Below, one piece after another: positions 1 through 7,904 of a DNA stretch of 18,067 nucleotides. The stretch comes from Candidatus Hadarchaeota archaeon (GTDB lineage Archaea > CAYQAE01 > CAYVLA01). Each line of letters begins with the position of its first letter. Position 1 is the stretch's first letter. The stretch covers positions 1 to 18,067 of the forward strand of contig CAYVLA010000018.1 of the NCBI GenBank assembly GCA_964452145.1, read 5' to 3'. The notes under the pieces were generated by a model. It was given only the letters and a program-made list of their open reading frames with translations, was not told the DNA's origin and searched no databases. A program made the position numbers and the translations under genes.

Positions 1-1
1 C

Positions 2-1216
2 GATGTATGCGACATACTCCGCCAGTCGCGCGGGAAGCGCGTCGAATCCTTCCCCGGCTATCACCTTCCATCTAGCCGGCGGGAAGTCATCCCATCCCTG
101 CAGGCTCTCGTAGACCGGGCGGCACTCGGAAAGCGCGCGAATGTTGGAAGGGAACTCCTTCAACTCCTCGCCGTTGCGTTCATACGCCACGGCCACCCTG
201 ACCTGGGGCAGTCCCCCGAGCACATCCAGCTTCGTCAGGGCTATGCTGGATACCCCGTTTATCCGGATGGCATACCTCACCATGACCAGGTCGAGCCATC
301 CGCATCGCCTAGGTCGGCGGGTGACGGTACCGTACTCGCCTCCCTTCTCGCGGATCCTCTCCCCGGTGGCCTCCCTGATTTCGGTCGGGAAGGGCCCTTC
401 GCCGACCCTGCTGGTGTAGGCCTTAACGACGCCGACGACCTCACAGATCCGTGTGGGCGGTATGCCGGTTCCCGTAAAGGCCCCTCCTGCCGTTGCGTTC
501 GACGAGGTCCCGTATGGGTATATTCCGTGATCCACATCGAGGTGGGTCCCCTGGGCGCCCTCCAGCAGCAGGGCCTTGCCCTCGTCCAAGGCCCGGTTCA
601 TCAACAGTGAGGTATCCGCGATGTAACTAGACAACGCCTTCCCTGCCTTCAGGCATCCCTTGACCAGTTCCTCTTCCGAGGAGCCGATCTTGAGACCATA
701 GGCCTCGAGCATGGCCTTCTTCAGGGGATAGTACGCCGCCAGCTTGGACCGGAGACTCTCTTCGTCGACGAGGTCCCCCACCCGAATCCCCGTGCGGTAA
801 GCCTTGTCCCCGTAGCAGGGCGCTATCCCGCGGCCAGTGCTCCCGGCGCTCAGCCCGCCCTGCAGAGCCCTCTCCGCGCCGTCAAGGATCTTGTGATACG
901 GCATGACGACATGCGCCCGGTCGCTGAGCCAGAGCCTGACGTTGAGTCCGGTCCGGTTCTCGATTTCCGAGATCTCGTCTACAAGCTGGTCGGGTTCGAC
1001 GACCACACCGTTTCCTATGGCAACCTGCTTTCCCCTCACCGCCCCGGAGGGAAGCAGGCGAAAAGCGAAACGCTGGGGCCCCACGACCACCGTATGTCCC
1101 GCGTTGGCCCCACCGTTGAAGCGCGCTACTACGTCGAACCGACCCGACAGGAGGTCGACGATCTTCCCTTTACCCTCATCTCCGAACTGGGTTCCCACAA
1201 CGATGGAGACCGGCAG
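2..1216 (-). CDS. purA: Adenylosuccinate synthetase (3'-partial, runs off the left edge)
   Basis: Manual minus-strand translation gives (M)PVSIVVGTQFGDEGKGKIVDLL, RFNGGANAGHTV, LLEGAQGTHLDVDHGIYPYGTSSN, KAYTSRVGEGPFPTE and EYGTVTRRPRRCGWLD, all canonical PurA motifs. The start is a CTG at 1216, with an in-frame TAA 13 codons upstream. Not listed in the ORF track. Confidence 0.97.
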   Translation of the reverse strand, partial: MPVSIVVGTQFGDEGKGKIVDLLSGRFDVVARFNGGANAGHTVVVGPQRFAFRLLPSGAVRGKQVAIGNGVVVEPDQLVDEISEIENRTGLNVRLWLSDRAHVVMPYHKILDGAERALQGGLSAGSTGRGIAPCYGDKAYRTGIRVGDLVDEESLRSKLAAYYPLKKAMLEAYGLKIGSSEEELVKGCLKAGKALSSYIADTSLLMNRALDEGKALLLEGAQGTHLDVDHGIYPYGTSSNATAGGAFTGTGIPPTRICEVVGVVKAYTSRVGEGPFPTEIREATGERIREKGGEYGTVTRRPRRCGWLDLVMVRYAIRINGVSSIALTKLDVLGGLPQVRVAVAYERNGEELKEFPSNIRALSECRPVYESLQGWDDFPPARWKVIAGEGFDALPARLAEYVAYI

Positions 1217-1218
1217 AC

Positions 1219-1257
1219 GATCAACTCCGGAAGTGGAGTCCGGCGTGACGCTTTATA
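1219..1257 (-). promoter_or_regulatory. purA TATA box (TATAAA, 1257-1252) and SD-like GGAGTTGATC (1228-1219)
   Basis: An AT-rich box lies 36 nt upstream of the CTG in a GC-rich background. The SD matches the archaeal GGAGGTGATC consensus at 9/10. Confidence 0.65.
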
Positions 1258-1316
1258 GTTATCCTCAGGCTCGGCCCGCCATGGCCGATCCAGGCCTCTC
1301 GATGATCGGGCTGAGA

Positions 1317-1652
1317 CTATCGGTGCACGGGCCTAGTGCGCAACTGCCCCTCCAGTCTCCCCTTCTTGGCCCCGTCTCGCATGACCAGTGGAGATCCCCC
1401 AATTCCAGGCCTTGGCGCAGCCGGGGGCACGACGGCCTCCGCCTCTTTGGGTGGTCCCACGAAGACTCTCTGGATCGGTTTGTCCGAGATGCAGTCGTCG
1501 CAGAGCATATAGGAGGGACGCTTGTTCTTCAGCTTCACTCTCTGCAGACAGGCGCTGTGGAACAGCCTCAGACAGCCTATGCACTCAGTCGCCGAGCCGT
1601 TTATTCTCTTCCCGCAACGCGCACACCTGTACTCCATCGCCCTTCTGCCCAT
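1317..1652 (-). CDS. Small zinc-finger protein with C4HC3 (PHD-finger-like) ligand pattern and a basic/Pro-rich tail
   Basis: Pattern C-x2-C-x10-C-x2-C-x4-H-x2-C-x15-C-x2-C (CARC..CIGCLRLFHSAC..CDDC). Co-oriented with purA. Alternative ATG start at 1637. Confidence 0.8.
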   Translation of the reverse strand: MGRRAMEYRCARCGKRINGSATECIGCLRLFHSACLQRVKLKNKRPSYMLCDDCISDKPIQRVFVGPPKEAEAVVPPAAPRPGIGGSPLVMRDGAKKGRLEGQLRTRPVHR

Positions 1653-1913
1653 TCTCGCCCCATCCTCAGCAGGCGACCGATCGGCCCGGCAGACCCCGGC
1701 CGCCCATGCAGCCCCGGTTAACCTAAGTCGGAGTTGAACCCCCTCTTGGGCAAACCCCGTACGGAGGACCGCACCAGCTTACCATGGTTAAGCAAGGGGG
1801 TAGAAAAAGGTTGCATCAGGACCATGATTCGGGGTTCGAAGGGTGAGCATCATGTCTGCGAAAGCGCCCGTTCCGGGCCGATTGGACCAGATCTGGTCCG
1901 GCAGCCGGCTTTT

Positions 1914-3215
1914 CTACGGCCTGAAGGGGTCGAAACCCAGATTGAAGAACTCGTTGGGGTTGTTGAACAGCCAGTCGGCCGCCACCTGCTCGACCTCCCT
2001 CCTGTCGAGCCAGCCCCTAGCCACCGACCGGGCGAGGGCGCCGGCCACGACGTCCCTGGCCACCTTCAGGTGGGCGGCTGCATACTCGACGGTGTCACCG
2101 TAGTCCGCTCCGAAGGCATGGATCTTTGAATGGGGAACGGTGACCAGGGAATCCGCGAGGATCTGCTCGGTGTAGAAAGGATCGATGACGTTGACCCAGC
2201 AGCAGTCAATCGCGACGTTGGGATAGTTCTTGGCCAGGTAGAGCAGTTCGCCCATGTAGGGCCAGTTGCCGTGGAAGAGGTCGAACCTGACGCTCCGGTG
2301 AAGCTCCAAGACCGGCGTGAACCTGGCAGCGTTGGTCTTGGCTATGTCGTTGCGGATCCCTGCCATGTGTCCGGTGTGGATCTGAACCGGCATGTCCAGC
2401 TCGCGCGCCATCTTCATGAATTGATGGAAGAGGTAATCATCCAATGCCCGCGCCTCGGGCCATCCCAGGCTCCTCCTAGGGTCCTCCATGATGAAGTTGA
2501 ATAGCGGCTCGGCCTTGGATCGAGCGGCATTGAGGAACCTAATGGTCCTAGAATACGCCGACTGGTCCTTGAATCCGACCGCCCCGACATCCTTCAGCTT
2601 CATGAAAACGGCCCGGCAGACCGCCAGAAAGTCGTCCAGATCCACGACCGAAGAGTCGACAAGCCTAGCGATCGCCTCGACGTTTGGGGCGCTTCGAATC
2701 GAGTGGAATCCGGGTAAGGGTATAAGGAGGCGATCCAGAGGATAGACCTTGTACTTGCCGGTGATCACATCCTTCAGATCGGGCCAGATGTTCACAAGCC
2801 GGCATCTTATTCCGGCCTTCTCAAGTACTCCGGCGTAGACCTTCTCGTCTTTCAGGTTCAGCAGCCTCTCCCCCACCCTCTTCAGCGCCTGGAGGCTGAC
2901 TTCCTCCTCGCCGTAGAAGTCCCTGAGGATGATCCGGGTAACGCGGGCATAGGCGGTGTGCTTGGTTCGGCTCCACAGCTTCTCGAAGATGGGCCACTTC
3001 TCCTCGGTCGGGACGGCCTTGTCGTTGAGCCTGCCCATGACGGCCTCCCCGCCTGCTGAGACCAGGTCGCTCTGGAAGTATCCCGAAATCAGCGCCGCGA
3101 TGGGCTCCCTGTACTCGGGGGCGCTCTGAGGACCCATCGTGTGGTCGTGACAGTCTATGACGGGGTAGTCCTTCGTCCGCTCAAATATCTCGGATCTCAG
3201 CTGATCCACATCCAA
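1914..3215 (-). CDS. Amidohydrolase-superfamily metallo-enzyme (Amidohydro_2 / FluG-N-terminal / uronate-isomerase-like), ~433 aa
   Basis: Motifs IDCHDH (HxH), GFKDQSAY, QIHTG, LFHGNWPY, FGADY and LFNNP. The real start is probably the TTG at 3215 (GGTG upstream). The 123-codon N-terminal extension in the ORF track overlaps another ORF and looks non-coding. Confidence 0.88.
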   Translation of the reverse strand: MDVDQLRSEIFERTKDYPVIDCHDHTMGPQSAPEYREPIAALISGYFQSDLVSAGGEAVMGRLNDKAVPTEEKWPIFEKLWSRTKHTAYARVTRIILRDFYGEEEVSLQALKRVGERLLNLKDEKVYAGVLEKAGIRCRLVNIWPDLKDVITGKYKVYPLDRLLIPLPGFHSIRSAPNVEAIARLVDSSVVDLDDFLAVCRAVFMKLKDVGAVGFKDQSAYSRTIRFLNAARSKAEPLFNFIMEDPRRSLGWPEARALDDYLFHQFMKMARELDMPVQIHTGHMAGIRNDIAKTNAARFTPVLELHRSVRFDLFHGNWPYMGELLYLAKNYPNVAIDCCWVNVIDPFYTEQILADSLVTVPHSKIHAFGADYGDTVEYAAAHLKVARDVVAGALARSVARGWLDRREVEQVAADWLFNNPNEFFNLGFDPFRP

Positions 3216-3304
3216 CGCAGGCACCGAACGTCGAGGGCTCAGAGCCCCACTCTTATTTGTAACCCTAGGGCCTAGGGCCTCGGCCTCGGGCTGGCCGGGC
3301 AGGC

Positions 3305-3580
3305 CTACACTTGGCTCTGGGTTTTCAGGAGCTCCTCGCGGCTTGTTACCTTCTTCGCCCCGGCAATCTGGTTGATAGGCCACGGCGAGCTTGCCGTGAG
3401 GGCCTCCAAGCCTCCCTTCCCGGGGGATGGCTGCGTGTATTCCACCGCGTAGTGGAAGTTCTCGTCGTCGAAGAAGATGAAGCATCCACCCGTCGTTATG
3501 TCGGTCGGGCGCCTCGTTATCGAGAAGGGGCTGGTGTCCTTCACCGCTCCGAACGGGATGTAGATGAGTGGCTTCAACAA
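3305..3580 (-). CDS. Hypothetical protein, 91 aa
   Basis: Protein-like composition (GCFIFFDDENFHYAVEY). Fills the gap between two minus-strand genes. TTG start, with AT-rich AAAAGCATTTTCTA just upstream (~3599-3613). Confidence 0.6.
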   Translation of the reverse strand: MLKPLIYIPFGAVKDTSPFSITRRPTDITTGGCFIFFDDENFHYAVEYTQPSPGKGGLEALTASSPWPINQIAGAKKVTSREELLKTQSQV

Positions 3581-3628
3581 CCAACCTTCAGCCCGGATCT
3601 AGAAAATGCTTTTCGTGCCGCGCCTCCC

Positions 3629-4963
3629 TCAAAGATCCCGGATCACCAGCCTGGTCGTGCGGACTTCCCTCCACAGCCTGCGGCGAACCATGATCGACCA
3701 GAGAATGAAGCCAGTCACCATCGCGGTTCCGCTCACGGCGAGCCATTCAATCGTGTAGACCCAGAGCAGGGCCCGATTCTTCAGTTCTATGGCTTCCTTC
3801 TCGATCTCGCCTAATAGGTCGTGGGCCCGCTCGTATGCCTCGAGGACCTCTTCGAATCGAAGGTCAAGGTAGGCCGGAAGCGCATCCAGCGCGATCCGAA
3901 TCGTTCCGTCAAGCTTCAGATTGATCTTGTCAGTGTTCGCCCCGAACGAGTCGCAGAACTCCAACAAACCCACCAGCAGCGACTTCCGGGTGCCGAACTC
4001 AAACATCCTCTTCCTCATCCGATGCACCAGCTGGACGTCCTGTGGCACCGGTCGCCGATCTAGGTAGATCATCAGGTTGGCACCGAAGTCAAGGGCGTAG
4101 TCCCAGGGATTCCCCGGAACGCACATCGTGTGCACTTGGCCGGGCTCGGAGCTAGGCCCGAAGATCTCGCCCGTGATCGCGAAGGTACGGCCTGTGCCCG
4201 GCAGGTCCCAGGTGACAAAGCCAGGATTGCCCTTGTAGCCCGGGCTCTCCACGTGGGCGAGCACCAATGCTCCGGGCTTTGCGGTCACCAGATTATGATG
4301 GAAGTTGTACATGAATGGTTGGTTCTTGTCCCAGGGCAGGCTGCTCATGAACTCGTGGTCGGGCCTGAGGATCACAAGAGTATGGACGTTGGCGGGCCGG
4401 TGGATGTAGATGTTGCCTGCGTCCTCGGTCGGCAGAAGCTCCCCGATGGCTGAGTCTCCCCACGCCGGCCTCCCGAAGGCACCGCCGAAGCTCTCCCATC
4501 CCCCCACCATGACCAGGCCCATGTCCGCCTGCCTCACCCCCTGCGCCAGCATCTCGATCTGGGTCGGCGGGATGGCGAGCCTGTTGGCGTTGGACAGGAT
4601 GATGACGTCGAACCGGGAGGTCAGGTCGGAGAGGGACCGGGGCATGTAAAGCCTTATGTACCTGTAGATCGTCGTGTCCGATATCGCATCCTGGATCGGT
4701 GCTGCCGCAGCCCAGTCGCGAAGCGTCGCCTGGACGAACGTTATTGAGAAGAGCGGATCGGATCTCATCCACCAGATGGGCGTCGAACGGGCGAGACAGC
4801 CGGCGTAGAGCACCCCTATCCTTCCGTCGTCGAGGGCCCCTGCCTGCAGAGGCGCCACGGTTAGCACGAGGAGCAAGGCGGTAGATGGGGCCAAACGCCG
4901 CGCCAGCCTCTGAACCGATGGGACAACAGCCAGCAGCCCGATCACAGCGATCTCGGCGGTCAC
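3629..4963 (-). CDS. Paralog 1: secreted, C-terminally membrane-anchored protein with class I GATase-like (DUF1355-like) domain
   Basis: Hydrophobic N-terminus, then RIGVLYAG, RLYMPRS, FDVIILSN, GLVMVGGWESFGG, W..S.IGELLP, an FGAN helical stalk, a TM helix and an RRRLWREV tail. The GTG start at 4963 has CGAAAGGACTAAAAG about 25-35 nt upstream. Confidence 0.85.
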   Translation of the reverse strand: MTAEIAVIGLLAVVPSVQRLARRLAPSTALLLVLTVAPLQAGALDDGRIGVLYAGCLARSTPIWWMRSDPLFSITFVQATLRDWAAAAPIQDAISDTTIYRYIRLYMPRSLSDLTSRFDVIILSNANRLAIPPTQIEMLAQGVRQADMGLVMVGGWESFGGAFGRPAWGDSAIGELLPTEDAGNIYIHRPANVHTLVILRPDHEFMSSLPWDKNQPFMYNFHHNLVTAKPGALVLAHVESPGYKGNPGFVTWDLPGTGRTFAITGEIFGPSSEPGQVHTMCVPGNPWDYALDFGANLMIYLDRRPVPQDVQLVHRMRKRMFEFGTRKSLLVGLLEFCDSFGANTDKINLKLDGTIRIALDALPAYLDLRFEEVLEAYERAHDLLGEIEKEAIELKNRALLWVYTIEWLAVSGTAMVTGFILWSIMVRRRLWREVRTTRLVIRDL

Positions 4964-5310
4964 TACAATTAGGGGGGCTCCGGGGCTTTTAGTCCTTTCG
5001 ATTTCGGGATTGCGGGTGTGAGATGTCTCTACTGATTCCCTTCTTCGGGTACTTCTCGGAGCACGGCCCGGCAGGAGTCGTCGGTCACCGTTTCGGGGTC
5101 TGGTGCTCGGCGCAGCCAGAACCAGTCATCTGATGCACGCGTCAACTGTAAGCATGACCTTGAGACAGCCTCAGCCCGGGCTCCCCGATTCCCTGTCTTC
5201 CAGCGCAGGTTGGTGGCCTCGGTGCCCGGTACTCGTTCATCCAGCTTGATCTGCGATAGGTCGCACATGTGCCCCGCTTCTCGTCCAGCGAGGCGCGCCG
5301 AGGCGTCCGA

Positions 5311-6375
5311 TCAGCGCGGGCCGGTCCCGGCCTCCTCGGGCACCTCGTGAAGGGTCAAGTTCACCCGGATCGGACTGACCCATGCCCTCCTCCCAGACGC
5401 ATCCTCGAGGACGATCACCAAGCGATCCTGAACACGATGGCCTGCCAAGGCGAAGTCGAAGACGAATTCCTCGCTACACGACTGCCCCTCGGGCGGGTAG
5501 ATGCTGCTACCGCCCCGGCCCCCACCCACGGACCTGAGATGGCACGCGACGCATGGCGAACAAGACACGATCAGCTTGCCGTCGTCCCGGACCTCGATGG
5601 ACCTTATCTCGGGGCCTTCTGACGCGTAGGTCCGCGAGTTTCGTATCGCTTCCAGAACTCCCGCTGCCGAGAACTCATGGGCCAGCACTCCCGTCCAACC
5701 GATGTGCGACACACCGCCCCATGCGCTCTTGGCCATGTCTTCGTGTGGCCCGTGGGCATCATCATTTCCGAGGGCAACCAGAGATCTTCCCTCGCGTAGC
5801 AAAAGATGCCAGATCTGGTCCGACCTGCCCGCGTCCGCCCCTTTCCCGCGCACATTCGAGTTCAGAACCTCGATGCCATCCAGCCCGGCGTCGCACAGGA
5901 GATCCAACTGCTCCCATGTATATCCCGATTTGAAGGGATGGGCAAGTACCGCGATGCCTCCACGTTCCTTGATCTTGCGGACTGTGGCGGCGGTTCTATG
6001 GATGTCGTCGCCTACCTCTTCCACTTCCGGAAGCTCGTTCAAGCCGTAGGCCAGAATGTGACCCGGGCCTGAGATCTCGGCTCCCGGAATGACCAGGATG
6101 TCGGGCGGCGAATCCATGGCGACGATCGCGTTATGGTCCATGCCCGCGATGAAGTCGTGCCCGAGCCTGCGGTAATGCTCCACTGCAATGGCGGGCCATT
6201 CCGGTTTGCGGGGTTTGCCCAGATGGCAGTGCAGGGAACCGCGCAGCCACACCCCCGGAACCGCAAACTGGTTCTGAATCGTGCCCGTGATGCGGATCCT
6301 CCTGTTCCTCAGTACGCCCGGGACGTCCAGGTGGATCTCCGCTTTCGCCGCTTGATTCCTCCTTTGACTTGACAT
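5311..6375 (-). CDS. PHP-domain metallohydrolase (CehA/McbA-like)
   Basis: PHP metal-ligand motifs WLRGSLHCH, DFIAGMDHN, IPGAEIS..GH, AVLAHP, DGIEVLN and GNDDAH. C-terminal beta domain ending RRAWVSPI. Confidence 0.88.
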   Translation of the reverse strand: MSSQRRNQAAKAEIHLDVPGVLRNRRIRITGTIQNQFAVPGVWLRGSLHCHLGKPRKPEWPAIAVEHYRRLGHDFIAGMDHNAIVAMDSPPDILVIPGAEISGPGHILAYGLNELPEVEEVGDDIHRTAATVRKIKERGGIAVLAHPFKSGYTWEQLDLLCDAGLDGIEVLNSNVRGKGADAGRSDQIWHLLLREGRSLVALGNDDAHGPHEDMAKSAWGGVSHIGWTGVLAHEFSAAGVLEAIRNSRTYASEGPEIRSIEVRDDGKLIVSCSPCVACHLRSVGGGRGGSSIYPPEGQSCSEEFVFDFALAGHRVQDRLVIVLEDASGRRAWVSPIRVNLTLHEVPEEAGTGPR

Positions 6376-6520
6376 TGTAGTTCTTCGCCCCTTTTCCGGT
6401 TTCTGACCAGGGCGCAGGCTTGATAGCTCTTATCGGCGGTCCGACGGGCGGTCAGAAAGCCTAGCAGCGTATCGTCAAGGCCTATGGACGGGCTGCCGAC
6501 GCCCTCGAGCCGTTCGAGTG

Positions 6521-7618
6521 TCAGCGGTTCTCCGGCTCGCGGAACGCCCGCGCCCATTTGGCGGTAAGCCTCAAGTACAGGTCGTCGTATTCCAGGCAGG
6601 GCTCGATCTGGGTGCCCTCGCCCCACTCGTTGAATGAGCAGATCACGACGAAGGAGGGCTGCTCGTCGATCGCCTGCTGCCACATCGACTCGTAGAGTCG
6701 CCCCATGCCTCGCGTCACCACCCTACCCGGATGGTGCCACGCGCGGCCGTCGAAACCGGGCCCGACCGGCACCGTCCAGAACCGGGCGCCATTGCGCCGA
6801 GCCAATTCCCTGTGGAAGGCGCAGATGCGTGCTACGCCTCTCGGGCACCACTCATCCGGACTATAGTTGTACTGCGTAAAGCCATCGAACAGCCCTGGGA
6901 CATGGAAATCCGGCACTCGATGCTCCAGTTCTCCCGCGACGAGGAAGAGCCGGGATGCCGAGCCGCGGGTGGTGAGCAGATCCCGGATCCGGCACCAATC
7001 ACTCACGGTGTGCCTGCCGAAGGTGTTGTACAGAAAGACGACCAGGCGCCCATCGAAGTGCAGGGCCCCTGGATGACCGCGGTAGGTCTCGAGGAGATAG
7101 CAGAGGTGATCGGCGATCTTCTCCACAGGATACCCATACCATCCATAGCTATCGTACAAAGGACACAGCTGCAAGGGAGCGGCAAGCCGCTCGAGTACGT
7201 CGAGCATCGCCCGCATCGAACGATCGTAGATCGTATCCGCAAGGGGCTTGTCCCGGTCCGGGTTGTCCTCACCGACCAGCATGTAGTCCCAGAGAAACCC
7301 GTCCAGAGCTGCTTCCACTGCCCAGCGTGCATGCTGTTCCAGTGTGCGGGGATCGAGGCAGTCGTAGAGGCCCAACGTGGGGTAGTAGGCGCTGTAGTTG
7401 GCCCGGCGACCGGGGCCGACGAACTGTTCCGGGTCGTGGCGCAGGTGCTGGCGAACGTCGGCGGGCACGGCGCGCGAGGGGTAGCCGTATCCCTTCGCCA
7501 ATTCCAGAGGCTCGTTCCAGGTGAGCCAGCGACCAGTTGGGCCTGCAGGGGTGCCGTAGAATGGGTGATAAACGGCCCAGACCTGCCGCGGTATCTGATC
7601 CGAGGAGTAGTCAGCCAT
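6521..7618 (-). CDS. Glycoside hydrolase family 99/71-like protein, no signal peptide
   Basis: AVYHPFYG, YYPTLGLYD..DP...EQH....A.LDGF, VGPGFD and SFNEWGEGTQIEP (the GH99 E-W-x-E catalytic motif). GGAGG SD upstream of the ATG. Confidence 0.85.
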   Translation of the reverse strand: MADYSSDQIPRQVWAVYHPFYGTPAGPTGRWLTWNEPLELAKGYGYPSRAVPADVRQHLRHDPEQFVGPGRRANYSAYYPTLGLYDCLDPRTLEQHARWAVEAALDGFLWDYMLVGEDNPDRDKPLADTIYDRSMRAMLDVLERLAAPLQLCPLYDSYGWYGYPVEKIADHLCYLLETYRGHPGALHFDGRLVVFLYNTFGRHTVSDWCRIRDLLTTRGSASRLFLVAGELEHRVPDFHVPGLFDGFTQYNYSPDEWCPRGVARICAFHRELARRNGARFWTVPVGPGFDGRAWHHPGRVVTRGMGRLYESMWQQAIDEQPSFVVICSFNEWGEGTQIEPCLEYDDLYLRLTAKWARAFREPENR

Positions 7619-7768
7619 GTTCTGCCTCCGCGATCACCGAGGCGCGGTCAGACCGTCGCTGGGCCCATAAGATGCCGGGACCGAGCGATGATATCGTCCT
7701 GCATCCGGGACCAAATGTGAACGACGATCCTTGCACGCCGGCAGACTAGGACTCTCTGATAGGAGGCC

Positions 7769-7781
7769 ATTAAACTTTGAT
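7769..7781 (-). promoter_or_regulatory. BRE/TATA-like promoter (CAAAGTTTAAT) probably driving GH99-like + PHP genes
   Basis: Purine run followed by TTTAAT (7774-7769), about 150 nt upstream of the ATG at 7618. Confidence 0.5.
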
Positions 7782-7904
7782 GTCCGGCTCTTGCAGAGAG
7801 TTAACCAGGGTTCCGAGACATGTCGAGGATCTCGTCTAGTCCGTTCCTTTGAAGGGCTCCTCACCGTGCTTCCCTCCGCATCGATAGTCGCTCTCTTGGC
7901 AGCG

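Noticed and set aside
1725..1750. GGTTCAACTCC on the minus strand (and GGTTCGAA at ~1833) resembling tRNA T-loops
   Set aside because: No 5-bp T stem, acceptor stem or cloverleaf can be built around either.
1777..1793. Imperfect palindrome GCTTACCATGGTTAAGC sharing CTTACCATG with the TA operator region
   Set aside because: A single short match with no repeated GTAAG array. Chance cannot be excluded.
3216..3584. N-terminal 123 codons of the 556-aa ORF
   Set aside because: Low-complexity Arg/Pro/Gly-rich translation that overlaps a better ORF. Amidohydrolase motifs begin only after 3215.
4890..4910. RR in the paralog 1 signal region as a Tat motif
   Set aside because: ARRLAP does not fit S/T-R-R-x-F-L, and the siblings lack it.
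5029..5268. 79-aa ORF ending LREVPEEG, like the PHP protein end LHEVPEEA
   Set aside because: Similarity is limited to about 6 residues, with no further alignment to support a duplication remnant.
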